From Acidobacteriota bacterium (GTDB lineage: Bacteria; Acidobacteriota; Vicinamibacteria; Vicinamibacterales; SCN-69-37), in the NCBI GenBank assembly GCA_050264575.1, contig JBLNGH010000279.1, forward strand, positions 1 through 60,218: a stretch of DNA of 60,218 nt. Reading direction: 5' to 3'. Of this stretch, positions 1-9,300 are shown piece after piece (position 1 is the stretch's first letter; each line of letters begins with the position of its first letter). The position numbers were made by a program, and so were the translations under genes. Below the pieces are notes generated by a model, which saw only the letters and a program-made list of their open reading frames with translations, was not told the DNA's origin and did no database searches.

Positions 1-1620
1 CAGCCGGATGATCTTCATCTGGTAGTTCTCGCCCGCGCGCAGCTCGAGCTTCTCGGCGCCTTGCGACGAGTCGAACTCGGACACGTGGATGAGCCCCTCG
101 ATGCCGTCGGCGAGCTCGACGAACGCGCCGAAGTTCGTCAGACGGACGACCTTGCCCTCGACGACGTCGCCGACGCGATGCTGGTCGAAGAACTGCTTCC
201 AGATGCCGGTCTGCAGCTGCTTCAACCCGAGCGACAGCCGCTGGTTGTCGGCGTCGATGCTGAGCACCTGCGCTTCGACCGTGTCACCCTTCTTCAGCAC
301 CTCGGACGGATGCTTGATCTTGCTCCACGACATGTCCGAGATGTGAATGAGCCCGTCGATTCCCTCCTCGACCTCGACGAAGGCGCCGAACTCGGTGAGG
401 TTACGGACCTTGCCGGTGATCGTCGACCCGACCGGATACTTGCCCGCCAGCTCCTGCCACGGATTCGTCTCGACCTGCTTCAGCCCGAGCGAAATCCGGC
501 GCGCGCCGGGATCCACGCCGAGCACCATCGCGTCGACCGAATCGCCGACGTTCAGGATCTTCGACGGATGCTTGACGCGTTTGCTCCACGACATTTCGGA
601 CACGTGGATGAGCCCCTCGACGCCCGGCTCGAGCTCGATGAACGCGCCGTAATCGGTGAGGCTGACGACCTTCCCGGTCACGCGCGCCCCGACCGGATAC
701 CGTTCGATCACGTTGCTCCAGGGATCCGGCACGAGCTGTTTGTGCCCCAGCGAGACGCGCTCCGTCCCCGCGTCGTACTTGAGGACGATGACGTCGATCT
801 CGTCGCCGACACGGACGACCTCTGACGGATGCGTCACCCGTCCCCACGACATGTCGGTGATGTGCAGGAGGCCGTCGATGCCGCCGAGGTCGATGAACGC
901 GCCGTAATCGGTGAGGTTCTTCACCGTGCCGCGCAGCACCTTGCCGTCGGCCAGCGTGTCGAGCGTGGTCTTCTTCTTCTCGGCGTTCTCCTCCTCGAGG
1001 AGCACTTTGCGCGAGAGGACAATGTTGCCGCGCTTCTTGTTGACCTTGATGACGCGCATCCGGAGCTCCTGGCCCCGCAGCGCGTCGAGATTGCGCACCG
1101 GACGCACGTCGATCTGCGATCCGGGAAGGAACGCGCGCACGCCGATGTCGACGGCGAGACCGCCCTTGATCCGCTCGATGACGCGGCCGATGACGACCTT
1201 CCGCTCCTGGAACGCCTTCTCGACCTCGTCCCAGATCTTCATCTTCTCGGCCTTCTCGCGCGACAACACGACGTAGCCGTCGCGATCTTCGGTGCGCTCG
1301 AGCAGCACGTCGACAATGTCGCCCGGCTGCGCCGTCACCTGGCCGCTTTCGTCGATGAACTCTTCGATGGAGATGATGCCTTCAGACTTGAAGCCGACGT
1401 CGACGATGACTTCCGTCGGCGTGACCTTGACGACCGTGCCTTTGACGACCTCACCTTCCGCGATATTTCGGAAGCTGGTATCGTAAAACTCCAATAACTT
1501 TGCGTAATCCTCCGGATCGGCTTCGCCGCCGTCCGGGCGTGAGGAGAATGTGGAGAAGCCAGAGTAGTTCTTCGCACCTCCTTGCAGAATTTGCGTTTTC
1601 CTCGTGACGTCATTACCCAT
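1..1620 (-). CDS. rpsA: 30S ribosomal protein S1 (N-terminal 540 codons; the C-terminus runs off the left edge)
   Basis: Minus-strand translation from the ATG at 1620 reads MGNDVTRKTQIL... It has repeated S1 motifs (LTDYGAFIDLGGIDGLLHITDMSW, LTDYGAFIELEPGVEGLIHVSEMSW, LTEFGAFVEVEEGIDGLIHISDMSW, LTNFGAFVELADGIEGLIHVSEF). An AAGGAGG RBS lies upstream. It is absent from the ORF track because no stop falls in the window. Confidence 0.95.
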   Translation of the reverse strand, partial: MGNDVTRKTQILQGGAKNYSGFSTFSSRPDGGEADPEDYAKLLEFYDTSFRNIAEGEVVKGTVVKVTPTEVIVDVGFKSEGIISIEEFIDESGQVTAQPGDIVDVLLERTEDRDGYVVLSREKAEKMKIWDEVEKAFQERKVVIGRVIERIKGGLAVDIGVRAFLPGSQIDVRPVRNLDALRGQELRMRVIKVNKKRGNIVLSRKVLLEEENAEKKKTTLDTLADGKVLRGTVKNLTDYGAFIDLGGIDGLLHITDMSWGRVTHPSEVVRVGDEIDVIVLKYDAGTERVSLGHKQLVPDPWSNVIERYPVGARVTGKVVSLTDYGAFIELEPGVEGLIHVSEMSWSKRVKHPSKILNVGDSVDAMVLGVDPGARRISLGLKQVETNPWQELAGKYPVGSTITGKVRNLTEFGAFVEVEEGIDGLIHISDMSWSKIKHPSEVLKKGDTVEAQVLSIDADNQRLSLGLKQLQTGIWKQFFDQHRVGDVVEGKVVRLTNFGAFVELADGIEGLIHVSEFDSSQGAEKLELRAGENYQMKIIRL

Positions 1621-1775
1621 TGCGGCCCGGGTCCTCCTTAAAGTCCAGTTGCGGACATTCTGTGCCGGATTGCAGCTCCGGCAGGCTGTAGGATTGCTTC
1701 GCAGAGAATGCGATAAGCATTGAATTATCCGGTACTTAAGGAACCGAGGTCAACCGCCGGAAGGGAGTCCTCACC

Positions 1776-2510
1776 ATGGCAGCCAGGAAACGAGCAACGC
1801 GGCGGCAGAGTACGGCGCGCCGGCGCGCCCGCGGACGGTCGAGCGCGACCCGACGAACAGCCAAACGGGCGAAGGGTTCGCGCCGCCGCTCGGCGTCCCG
1901 CAAGGCGGCTGCCGCGAGAAAGACACGAAAACGCGCGGTGAGCCGCCCCGCGGCCCGGCGGCCCCGGAAGACGGCGTCCAGGGCCCCCCGAAAGACGACA
2001 CCGAAAGCCCCCGGACAGCCGACACCGAGAGCCCCCGGACAGCCGACACCGCGGGCCGCCACAGAGACCGCCGCTCAGCGGTCTCGCAGGCCACTGAGCC
2101 CCGTCCTGCTCGACCGGGAGCGCCGGCGGCTGCCCGAATCGGAGCGGGTCGACACGCCGCAGGCCCCTCCGGAAGAACGTCAGATCGCGGCAGCGCGGAC
2201 GGGCCACGACGAGCTGCAGCGCTCGCTGCTCGAGCACACCGAGACGAGCCCGCGGCTCACGGCCGGCGACCTCGACGCGAAGTGGACCGACGCGTATGCC
2301 GTCGGCGATGAAGCGCCCGGCGGCGACAATCCCACGCCCGACCAGGATCGTGTGGACGACATCGGCCGCGCGTTGGGCGTCCAGTATCAGGACGACGAAG
2401 AGCTGAATCCCGACGAAAAGATTCGCGAGCGTGACCGTCATCGCTGGGAGCTCGATCCGGCATCGTCCGAGGACTGGCCGCACAAAGAAGACAAAGAAGA
2501 CAAGAAGTGA
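1776..2510 (+). CDS. Hypothetical protein with an Arg/Lys/Ala-rich histone-tail-like N-terminus and a conserved acidic C-terminal domain (DUF6335-like, from memory)
   Basis: The frame has G/C-rich third positions. The N-terminus reads KRATRRQSTARRRARGRS...KAAAARKTRKRA. The C-terminus reads LTAGDLDAKW..GDEAPGG..PTPDQDRVDDIG...RWELDPASSEDW. A GGGAG RBS is present, and the stop overlaps the next start (GTGA). Confidence 0.7.
   Translation: MAARKRATRRQSTARRRARGRSSATRRTAKRAKGSRRRSASRKAAAARKTRKRAVSRPAARRPRKTASRAPRKTTPKAPGQPTPRAPGQPTPRAATETAAQRSRRPLSPVLLDRERRRLPESERVDTPQAPPEERQIAAARTGHDELQRSLLEHTETSPRLTAGDLDAKWTDAYAVGDEAPGGDNPTPDQDRVDDIGRALGVQYQDDEELNPDEKIRERDRHRWELDPASSEDWPHKEDKEDKK
2007..2054 (+). 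repeat. Tandem 24-nt coding repeat x2 (APGQPTPR APGQPTPR)
   Basis: gcccccggacagccgacaccgaga followed by gcccccggacagccgacaccgcgg, read directly from the sequence. Confidence 0.9.
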
Positions 2511-3124
2511 AGCGCGCGCCGCGCGGCTCCGGCGATCTGGACGCGCTCCGGCGTCAAGCGAAGAGCTGCCGGGCCTGCCCGCTGTGGGAGCGCGCGACGC
2601 AAACGGTGTTCGGCGCGGGTCCGTCTGCAGCCGAACTCGTTCTAGTCGGCGAACAACCGGGCGACCAGGAAGATCGGCAGGGCGAACCCTTTGTCGGTCC
2701 CGCGGGCGGTCTGCTTCGCGAGGCGCTCGGCCAGGCCGGCATCGACGAATCGAAGGTGTATTTCACGAACGCCGTCAAGCACTTCAAGTGGAAGCCCCAG
2801 GGCAAACGGCGGATCCACGAGCGTCCGAACCGCGAAGAGATTCTCGCCTGCCGGATGTGGCTCGAGGGGGAGCTGGCGGCCATCAAACCGCGGGTGGTCG
2901 TAGCGCTCGGCGCAACGGCCGCGACGACGCTCTTGGGGTCGTCGGTGCGGGTCACGAAGGATCGCGGCCGGATGCTTTCGTCGGCGCTGGCCGAATTCGT
3001 CACGGTCACCGTCCACCCGTCGTCGATCCTCCGCGCGCCGGATGCGGACGCTCGACGTGAGGCGATGCGTCAGTTCGTCGAGGATCTCAAGAAGATCGCC
3101 AGCACCCTCAAGCGGTCCTCTTGA
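2507..3124 (+). CDS. udgX: Family-4-type uracil-DNA glycosylase, UdgX-like (KRRIH loop)
   Basis: Motif A is GEQPGDQED, followed by PFVGPAG. The loop reads FKWKPQGKRRIHERP and motif B is HPSSILR. An N-terminal CRACPLW Cys pair is present. The GTG start overlaps the upstream stop. Confidence 0.75.
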   Translation: MKRAPRGSGDLDALRRQAKSCRACPLWERATQTVFGAGPSAAELVLVGEQPGDQEDRQGEPFVGPAGGLLREALGQAGIDESKVYFTNAVKHFKWKPQGKRRIHERPNREEILACRMWLEGELAAIKPRVVVALGATAATTLLGSSVRVTKDRGRMLSSALAEFVTVTVHPSSILRAPDADARREAMRQFVEDLKKIASTLKRSS

Positions 3125-3386
3125 TCAACCGGTTGAACGTGCTCGGCTGCCGATGCGCGTTCTCGATGAGCAGCGCGAGATCGTGCTCATCGAATTGCCG
3201 AAACCACTCGTGCCACGTGATCCGCTCGACGGCGTCGGCCGGCGACGCGCCGGGAATCTCGAGACAGATCGGATCGTCCGTGTAGCTCAGCGTCGCTTCG
3301 CGGCCTGGTTTCACTCTGGCGGGTCTCGCACCCCTGGCTTCCGCCCAACGCCGGATCGTCTCGTGGTCGGTCAACACGTGTGGCAT
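3108..3386 (-). CDS. Conserved hypothetical protein (MPHVLTDHETIRRWAEARGARPA... family)
   Basis: I chose the internal ATG at 3386. The N-terminus TDHExIRxWAExRGxxPA and the segment ITWxEWFxxFDExxLAL resemble a widespread uncharacterised family. Codon bias is consistent with coding. Confidence 0.55.
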   Translation of the reverse strand: MPHVLTDHETIRRWAEARGARPARVKPGREATLSYTDDPICLEIPGASPADAVERITWHEWFRQFDEHDLALLIENAHRQPSTFNRLIKRTA

Positions 3387-3492
3387 TGCACTCTCCTCAT
3401 CGTCGATCACCACTCGCGTTTTTTCGACGAGCAAGAGGGGTACCGGAACGCCGGTTGCATCGCCTGAGAGAAAAGCCGCAAGGAGGCGTCGC

Positions 3493-3786
3493 ATGGCACA
3501 CGGGCATACTCCGACGTGGGAAATGGAAGACGAGTATTGGCGAGGCGCGTTCCGCTCTCGCCCGTACTGCGCAAGCGATACGAGCTATGACGACTGGCGA
3601 CCCGCGTACCGGTACGGGTACGAGTCGGCGGTCCGGCATGAGGGACGCGCCTGGGACGACCGGCTCGAGGACGAACTGCGGACGGGATGGGATCGGTATC
3701 CCGAGCGCACGAGTCGGGACTGGAGCTGGCAACACGTCAAGGACGCGGTCCGCGACGCGTGGAACCGCCTGAGAGTGACGAAGTAA
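3493..3786 (+). CDS. Hypothetical Trp/Tyr-rich small protein
   Basis: 97-aa ORF with G/C third positions (YWRGAFRSRPY...PAYRYGYE...WQHVKDAVRDAWNRL). Confidence 0.5.
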   Translation: MAHGHTPTWEMEDEYWRGAFRSRPYCASDTSYDDWRPAYRYGYESAVRHEGRAWDDRLEDELRTGWDRYPERTSRDWSWQHVKDAVRDAWNRLRVTK

Positions 3787-3812
3787 GAACGAACCACAAA
3801 AAAACGAACCAC

Positions 3813-3841
3813 AAAAAAAGGAGCCGGGTTCCCCCGGCTCC
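3813..3841 (-). terminator. Intrinsic terminator between convergent genes (9-bp GC stem, 4-nt loop, T-run on the minus strand)
   Basis: ggagccggg-ttcc-cccggctcc at 3820-3841. On the minus strand it is followed by TTTTTTT (plus-strand A-run 3813-3819). The word acgaaccacaaaaaa occurs twice just upstream on the plus strand (3789-3819). Confidence 0.7.
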
Positions 3842-3892
3842 TTTCACCTCCGCACTTGCTCCAGCGATCCGGGCCGTAGCCTCGGCGAAGGG

Positions 3893-4333
3893 TTACTTGG
3901 CGAATCTCCGAATCTCGACGACTTCCGCGGCGGCGGGGTTGAGTTTCGGGCGCGGCATCTCGAGCCCGGCGCGCTTCAACGCAAGCGCCCGCTGGCGGCG
4001 TGCGAGATCATCGGCTCGCTTCGCGGCGTTCACGGCCTTCGTCGGATCGTAGCCGTGAAACCGCAGCACCGGAGGATGACCGTGCTCGAACGACGCGGGC
4101 CACGTCTTGCCGCACGCGTCGCAGAACCACCGCGCGGACACCGTCGAGCCGTCCGCCTGCGTCGTCGGCGGCAACAAGCCGAGCGGGCCCTGGTGGTGGC
4201 ACCTTCCGAATTGCCAGAATCCGACGCCGGCGACGATCGCGGCCAGCATGTAACCCCACATGCCCGTTACGGCCGCCGCGACGATGGCGGCGCCGGCCGC
4301 CAGGAAGACGAGGGACATCCACAGTCGCCGCAT
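3893..4333 (-). CDS. Hypothetical membrane protein (two N-terminal TM helices, Cys/His-containing soluble tail)
   Basis: MRRLWMSLVFLAAGAAIVAAAVTGMWGYMLAAIVAGVGFW...; coding-like codon bias. Confidence 0.55.
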   Translation of the reverse strand: MRRLWMSLVFLAAGAAIVAAAVTGMWGYMLAAIVAGVGFWQFGRCHHQGPLGLLPPTTQADGSTVSARWFCDACGKTWPASFEHGHPPVLRFHGYDPTKAVNAAKRADDLARRQRALALKRAGLEMPRPKLNPAAAEVVEIRRFAK

Positions 4334-4381
4334 AGTGTTCTCCTCGCGACCCGCCTGGGAACGGGGCGGTGCGCACGACTA

Positions 4382-4433
4382 GGACCTCGGCTCTCTTCTT
4401 GCGCCAGCTCGAGCAAGAAGAAACCCGAGGTCC
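4382..4433 (-). terminator. Long hairpin downstream of the ytxH-like gene (terminator-like, no U-tract)
   Basis: ggacctcgg..tcttcttgc...gcaagaaga..ccgaggtcc inverted repeat between the ytxH stop (4445) and the next gene start (4333). Confidence 0.4.
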
Positions 4434-4444
4434 CCCGGAGCTGT

Positions 4445-4759
4445 TCAGTACCCTGTCGACGCGGTCTCGTTCGCCAGCGACGATGCCACGTCTTCAGCCT
4501 TTTGCCGTCCGCGCCGCACGGCGGTGCGGCCTTTGTCGACGAGATCTTCGACCGTATCCGACGCCTGGTTGTACGCCTCTCCCGCCTTGCGGCGGAGGCG
4601 CTCGGTCGAGTCGTAGAGCTGGTTGCGCAGTTCCGATCCGGGCTTCGGTGCGAACAGAAGACCGATGGCTGCGCCGAGGGCGGCGCCGCACAGCAGACCC
4701 ATGACAAATCCGTTGCTCTGGGCAGCGGCGTCTCCGTAATAGCTGTCAACCTCGTGCAT
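4445..4759 (-). CDS. YtxH domain-containing (general stress) protein
   Basis: GLLCGAALGAAIGLLFAPKPGSELRNQL followed by a coiled, charged tail, which is the typical YtxH signature. Confidence 0.8.
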   Translation of the reverse strand: MHEVDSYYGDAAAQSNGFVMGLLCGAALGAAIGLLFAPKPGSELRNQLYDSTERLRRKAGEAYNQASDTVEDLVDKGRTAVRRGRQKAEDVASSLANETASTGY

Positions 4760-5252
4760 GACTCATGCCTCCTTCATAGGCAAAGCGTTGTTCGGCCTCG
4801 AGATCCGAGGCGTCCTTGGGAGCCAGTCGTGCGGGCGCGAACTTGGTGATCTTCCCGCTTCGGCGCGGGGCACGATCACCGGGTGCGCGCTTGAGACTGG
4901 CCAGTCCGGCCTTCAGTCCCTTGAGCACTCCCACGACGGGCCAGAACCGGCTGCGCATGACGGACGTGGCAACGCTCACGCCAACGCCGACCCGCGACAG
5001 CGTGCGGCGCATGCCGTCATCGAACGACTGGACACGCGCCATCACGTCTTCCATCTCGTCGATCACTTTGTTCGCGCGCGCCGAAATGGGAGCGATGTGC
5101 TGCTCGGTGATCCGATCGATGGTCGCTTCGATGCGACGGAAGAAGCGAGCGGCCCCGACGAGCAGCCCGACGATCAGCAGCAACTGCAGCACGCTCGCGA
5201 TGGCAATGACCGCGAGCCACACGTTGGTGGTGCTGAGATCGGCCGGTGACAT
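4746..5252 (-). CDS. DUF948-like membrane protein (partner of YtxH)
   Basis: The ATG at 5252 gives MSPADLSTTNVWLAVIAIASVLQLLLIVGLLVGAARFF plus a helical region. It overlaps the ytxH start by 14 nt. The track start at 5303 is a GTG alternative. Confidence 0.6.
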   Translation of the reverse strand: MSPADLSTTNVWLAVIAIASVLQLLLIVGLLVGAARFFRRIEATIDRITEQHIAPISARANKVIDEMEDVMARVQSFDDGMRRTLSRVGVGVSVATSVMRSRFWPVVGVLKGLKAGLASLKRAPGDRAPRRSGKITKFAPARLAPKDASDLEAEQRFAYEGGMSHARG

Positions 5253-5491
5253 GCCGCGTGCAGATACAAGGCACGTACCAATGCGCGCACGGAAAGACCT
5301 CACAAATCACGTTGCGTCGCGTTCCGGCTCCGCGCGCAGGTGCAACGTGCTGCACACATTCGGCAATCATGCGACACACGGATGATGGGAGGATGCCGAT
5401 CGACGGCGAGAACACCCTGTTCCGCCTCACGACATGACTGGCCTTCGTTTTGCTCTGATCAAATGTCCGCAGCGCACCCGGACTCTGCCTG

Positions 5492-6016
5492 ATGAATCTC
5501 GATTTCGATTTCTTGCGCGTCGGGCCGGCAACGGCGGTGCTCGTGGCTGCCGCGGTGGGCGCAGCCCTGGGGTGGGTCGGCCCGATCCGCCGCCGGACGG
5601 TCGGACTGGCCGCGCACAGCCTCCTCGCCGCAGTGGCGTCCCTCTACGCGCAGCAGGCAGGATCGACGTACGCGGCGTCGCTGCCGCCGGTTGAGCCGAA
5701 TCATGTGATGGGGATCGTGATCGCGGCGGTGTGCCTGCTCGGCGCCGCGACGACCTTCCGCTTCCGCGGCGGCCTCGCACGTAGTCTGGCGTCGAGCGCG
5801 TCGCTGCTGTTCACGGCGCTGATCGGTCTGCTCGCCGGGAGCGGTGAATTGCCGCTCGCGCTTGGCGCCGCGGCCGTAGCGCTGACCGCGCTCGCCGCGC
5901 CGGAGCCGCAGCCGCCGGCGCTGCCGGTCGAGCGTGTTCGCCGCCGGATCCGGCGTGACGCGCCCGTCAACGTGACGGCGCCGAACAGTTCGCTGCGACT
6001 TCCTTCACGTCCCTGA
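5492..6016 (+). CDS. Hypothetical polytopic membrane protein
   Basis: Strong G/C third-position bias and four hydrophobic segments. The 3' end overlaps a convergent ORF by 50 nt, so the C-terminus is uncertain. Confidence 0.5.
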   Translation: MNLDFDFLRVGPATAVLVAAAVGAALGWVGPIRRRTVGLAAHSLLAAVASLYAQQAGSTYAASLPPVEPNHVMGIVIAAVCLLGAATTFRFRGGLARSLASSASLLFTALIGLLAGSGELPLALGAAAVALTALAAPEPQPPALPVERVRRRIRRDAPVNVTAPNSSLRLPSRP

Positions 6017-6353
6017 CGCTCAGTTTCTTCAGCGCTTTTTCTGCCGCATTCGCCGCGGGCGGCGGTGCCGGCGGCGCGCCTGCTTCGCTCACCGTACCCG
6101 TCACGGCGATGCGGTGATTGACTTTTTCGCCGAGCGACGACGGGACCGACACCAGCAGATAATCTTCGGCGGCACGCGGGCCCGACGGCGCTGCGTCGGC
6201 ACTGGCGCCGCGCAGCAGAAAGACGGTTGGCGCGCTGCCGTTCCGGAGGCAGCCCGTCAGCGTCTGCTCCTGCGGCGGGTCCTGCGACGGCGTCGACACG
6301 AGAGCGATGAGCGCGGCGACGAACATCAGCACGATCTGCATGTGATCTCCCAT
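5967..6353 (-). CDS. Hypothetical exported small protein
   Basis: Signal-like MQIVLMFVAALIALVSTPSQ and a Pro/Ala-rich tail. The start (6353 or 6341) is uncertain. Confidence 0.45.
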   Translation of the reverse strand: MGDHMQIVLMFVAALIALVSTPSQDPPQEQTLTGCLRNGSAPTVFLLRGASADAAPSGPRAAEDYLLVSVPSSLGEKVNHRIAVTGTVSEAGAPPAPPPAANAAEKALKKLSVRDVKEVAANCSAPSR

Positions 6354-6376
6354 CAGCGTCCGGGGCTTGGCCCGGT

Positions 6377-9300
6377 CTACCGTCGAATGACGAAGATAAA
6401 ATCCAGTCCTGCGCGATCGATCGGCGGCGTCCGGCGCGTCTGCTCGGTGCCCTGCGCGAACGACGTCACCAGCCGGAGAAACTCGGTGAGCCGGAATTCG
6501 AACGACACCTGGCTCGCGTCCTCCGATCCGAATTCCTGGCGGAAGCCGACGAACAGGTTCTCGTTGACCTGCCGGCCGACGGTGAGCGTCGCTCCAGTGC
6601 CGGTATCGTCCGCCGGCTGAATTTCGAACAGATCGAAATCGAGGGCCCGCGCGACCGAATCGGCGATCGGCGTCGCGAACGCGCGCGCGGCCAGCACCCC
6701 GGCGCGTGAGGCCAGCGACACGCGTTCGCTGGTCTGCAGCTGGTTCATCGTCTGATTGAAGGCGATGAGCGACAAAATGTCGCCTTCGTCGAGCGGCGGG
6801 TTGCTGGACAGGGCGATTTCCGGCTCTCGCATGGTTCCAGTCACGTGCACGCGCGCCGTCACTCCCGAAATCTGCCGCTCGCCGGTGACGTCGACGACGG
6901 GGTTCAACAACTCGTTGCCCTCGAATCGGAGCTCGCTGTCGCGCAGGATCGTGAACGGCCGTCCCTGAAAGCTGTACTGCCCCCGGACCACGGCGAGCCG
7001 GCCGAGCAGCGTCGTCGGACCGCTCGTGTCTTTGGCGATGGTGAGCGCGCCGCCCAGCGTCACATTGACGTCTCCGAGGCCGATCGATCCGCGCGTCGCG
7101 CGCAGATCGCGGCCGCGCAACACGATGTTCTCCGGCAGATCCAGCGTTACTGAGTACGACGCCCCGGTCGTCGGCGCGGCCGTGTCGATTTCTTTTTCGA
7201 CCTGCCGGCCGACATCGGTCTCGACGCGCGTGTAGCCGGTTGCCGAAAAGCGATCGAGCAGATCGCCGAGTTCGACGCGGCCTCGATCGACTTTCACCGT
7301 GCCGGTGACGAGCGGCGACGACAGATCGCCCATGACGCGGAGGTCGGGACTGAGGCTGATCTCGCCGAACCGGTTGTGGAGCACGTGAATCTCGTGCGCC
7401 TGGACCGACAGATTGAAATCGCTGGGCCGGCCGAGCGCCGCCACTTTCAGGCTTCCCGTCACCGATCCGGTGTGTCCGTCGTCATCCTGAACGCGAAACT
7501 GCTGAACGATCACGCGCTCGCCTTCGAGAGCCATCGCGGCCTCGACGCCGCTGTAGATCACGCCCGTCGGCGCCACGCGGAACGATCCCTGCTGGACGCC
7601 GACCAGCCCTTCGAGCCGCGGCGCGCCGGCGGCGCCGAACACCTGGAGATCGAACCGGCCGACGCCGGTGATCATGTCGATGTGCGACGAGAGCGGCTGG
7701 AACAGCGCGAGATTGATCGCGGCGCTTTGCACGCGCAGGTTGAACGGCGGCAACTCGGCTCCCGCTGGCGCGCGCCAGGGAACGGGCATCGTTCCGGTGG
7801 CCGTCAGCCGGCCGGCGGTGCCGGCTTCGAGCGCGGCGTCGAGCGTGAGCTGACCCTTGCCGAGCGACACCTGCCCGGCGAGTGAGTCGAACGCGACATC
7901 CTGGATCTGCCCGGTGGTCACCGATATCCTGGCTTCGACGGCGGGATCCGACAGCGAGCCGGAGATCCGCGCGGTGCCATTCGCGATCCCGGAGAACCGC
8001 TGCGTGCCGAGCAGCAACGTGTTCACGTCGGCAATCTGCAGGTGCTCGACGGTCACGACCAGCGCCTGATTGGCCGCGTTCGCCGACGCCGTGCCTTCGA
8101 TTCGAATGCGCGAGTCTCCGCGCGCCAGTTGAAAATTCTCGATCTCGAGCCGATCCGCCGCATACCGCGCGACGGCCTCCTGTCCCTGCGGCATCTGCCA
8201 CTCGACGTCATTGGCGATCATCGACAGGCTGCGCACGTGAATCTCGCGATGATCGGGATGCGGGACGAGCGATCCGGTGAATTGCAGCCGCCGCTGACGT
8301 TCGGAGACTTTCGCGTCCACGTCGAGCCGCGATCCGTCGTACGCCAGTGTCCCGGCCACCTCGTCGATGCGCGTGCCGCGCACCTCGATGTAGGTCCCGG
8401 TGAGATCGAGACGTCCGGTCGTCAACCTGACGTTGTTCTCCGGCACAGCCAGGTTGTAGGCGCTCTTCACCGACAGGGCATCGACCGGCCCCACCACCAG
8501 ATGGCTGCCTGAGATCGTGCCTGTCGTCGTTGTCGCCCCCTGCGGTCCCGAGATGCGCCCCTCGATGTGCGCCGAGCCGCCGAGCGGCTGGCGCGAGAAC
8601 GATTGCAGGCTCTTGAGATCGGGCACGTCCGCGACGTACGAGAGATCGGACTGTCCGTCGCCGGCGAGGACGACGGTGCCTTTCGCGGAAACCTTTCCGG
8701 ACGGTCCGCTCACGTCGAACGTGGTCACGCGGGCGATCCCCTCGACGAGCGCGAGATCGAACGACGCCTGGTCGATGGTCTGGCCGTACAGCGAGACATT
8801 GGCCAGCGTCGCGGTCGCGAATCCCTCGACGTTGTCTGCGGACAGCGGCGCGAGCACGTCGCCGATCTCCACGTGCGCGTTCACGCGGCCGTCGCCTGCG
8901 GCATGACTCGAATGTTCGACCCCGAACGCAGCCCCGCTCACAGCCTGCGCGTCACCCTGCACGTCAGCGACGAGCCGACGGCGATCGAGCGCCAGCGCGG
9001 CATCGAGACTGTTGATGCGCGTGCCGCCGGACGCCTCGTCCGCGCCGCAGCCGGCAGGGGCCGCGCAGACGACGGAATCCGCGAGCACGAGACGCAGCTT
9101 GCCGCTCGCCTCGGCCACTTCGAGGCCGCGTGCGTCGAGATCGATGGTCCCGTTGAACCGGCCGTGGAGTTTCGCCAGGCGATCCGGCAATGACGTCAGG
9201 AACGGTTTGAATCGATCCGGATCGACCCGGGACATCGACCCGTGAAAGGCGTACGCCATCCCCGGCACTTCCGTATCGACGTGCGCTGTCGCGCCGTCGG

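Noticed and set aside
61-1613. Track ORFs 61..825, 89..346, 347..652, 401..847, 829..1497, 911..1276 and 1335..1613
   Set aside because: All lie within rpsA, either antisense or in other frames. The minus-strand frame starting at 1620 gives textbook S1 repeats. The alternative translations are low-complexity Arg/Asp/Leu shadows typical of GC-rich DNA.
5308-5349. 8-bp inverted repeat cacgttgc-N26-gcaacgtg in the divergent 5304-5491 spacer as an operator
   Set aside because: It is short, with a long loop, and an 8-bp match is within chance expectation for this window.
5492-6016. MgtC/SapB-family assignment for the membrane protein
   Set aside because: There is only a vague resemblance in the first helix. 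The conserved MgtC motifs (ERE..., GLTTAA) are absent.
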